Assembly: GCA_038087875.1 (NCBI GenBank)
Contig: CM075999.1
Span: 808,001 to 872,000 of the forward strand
DNA: 64,000 nt
Direction of reading: 5' to 3'
Source of the DNA: Malacoraja senta
Lineage: Eukaryota
Part shown: piece by piece, positions 63,507 through 64,000 of the stretch
Position numbering within the stretch: the first letter of the stretch is position 1
Layout: each line of letters starts with the position of its first letter
The notes under the pieces: model-generated
The model's input: only the letters and a program-made list of their open reading frames with translations
Database searches by the model: none
What the model was told of the DNA's origin: nothing
Program-made: the position numbers and the translations under genes

Positions 63507-63783
63507 AAAAATAGACACAAAATGTTGGAGTAACTCAGCGGGATAGGCAGCATCTTTGGAGAGAAGGAATAGGTGACGTTTCGGGTCGAGACCCTTCTTC
63601 AGCCTGTGTGAGGCCACATGCAAACTAGAGGAAATGTCCATGTTCTTCAGTCTGAAAAAGGGTCTTGACCTGAAACGTCACCCATGCCTTCACTCCAAAG
63701 ATGCTGTCTGTCCCACTGAGTTACTCCAGCATTTTGTGTCTATCTTTGGTTTAAACCAGCGTCTGCAGTTCCTTCATACACAT
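63507..63783. mobile_element. Fold-back Penelope-tail element nested in an older Penelope-like fragment (~62770-63830)
   Basis: Inverted arms; 14 bp TSD ttgatttgggaatg at 63493-63506 and 63784-63797. Confidence 0.72.
63575..63602 (-). ncRNA. Minimal hammerhead-ribozyme-like motif
   Basis: CUGAAGA-A-GGGUC(UC)GACCC-GAAAC-GUC, with a canonical GUC triplet; helix I is weak. Confidence 0.5.
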
Positions 63784-64000
63784 TTGATTTGGGAATGGTT
63801 GGGGGAGTTAAAATGGCATGCAACTGGAAACTTGGAATATCAAGTCGATGAAACTCACCAGAATATAAAAGTTTATGTTTATCCAGCGCCTCGCCGCTGC
63901 TGCCGAAGCTCTGGTCCGGTCCCCGGTCTCCGGTAGGAAAGGCCGTTCCGATCCAGCTGGTAGGCCGCGAGGTGGGGGGCGAGGATGCGACTTGGAGAAA

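Noticed and set aside
63885..64000. CpG-rich stretch at the window end as a promoter or CpG island
   Set aside because: Only ~115 bp visible and adjacent to TE debris; cannot be distinguished from a retroelement end

Overview
Vertebrate genomic DNA, probably from an elasmobranch such as a skate or ray; this is inferred from the repeat landscape and is not proven. Positions 1-50200 hold the 3' part of one large + strand multi-exon gene encoding a MUC16/CA125-like transmembrane mucin. Splicing by hand gives 14 complete SEA domains plus 1 partial one, each built from a repeating exon cassette: A (FNVTF), B (always 68 nt), C (158-173 nt, ending LDSNSLYVN-G) and a 24-33 nt linker micro-exon D, with conserved intron phases. 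A transmembrane exon (PFW..., 45888-46000), a cytoplasmic-tail exon (KKKKRGSY...AGLYFTH, stop at 48881) and a poly(A) signal at 50173 follow. Two young tandem arrays amplify whole exon-intron modules: a ~2.19 kb unit at 1-~7990 and a 4331 bp unit at ~19023-37355. The rest is mostly transposon debris: CR1-like LINEs, L1/Tx1-like LINEs, Penelope-like GIY-YIG fragments with hammerhead-ribozyme-like tails, tRNA-derived SINEs and hAT MITEs. Most ORFs in the six-frame track are exon read-throughs, antisense shadows or TE fragments.
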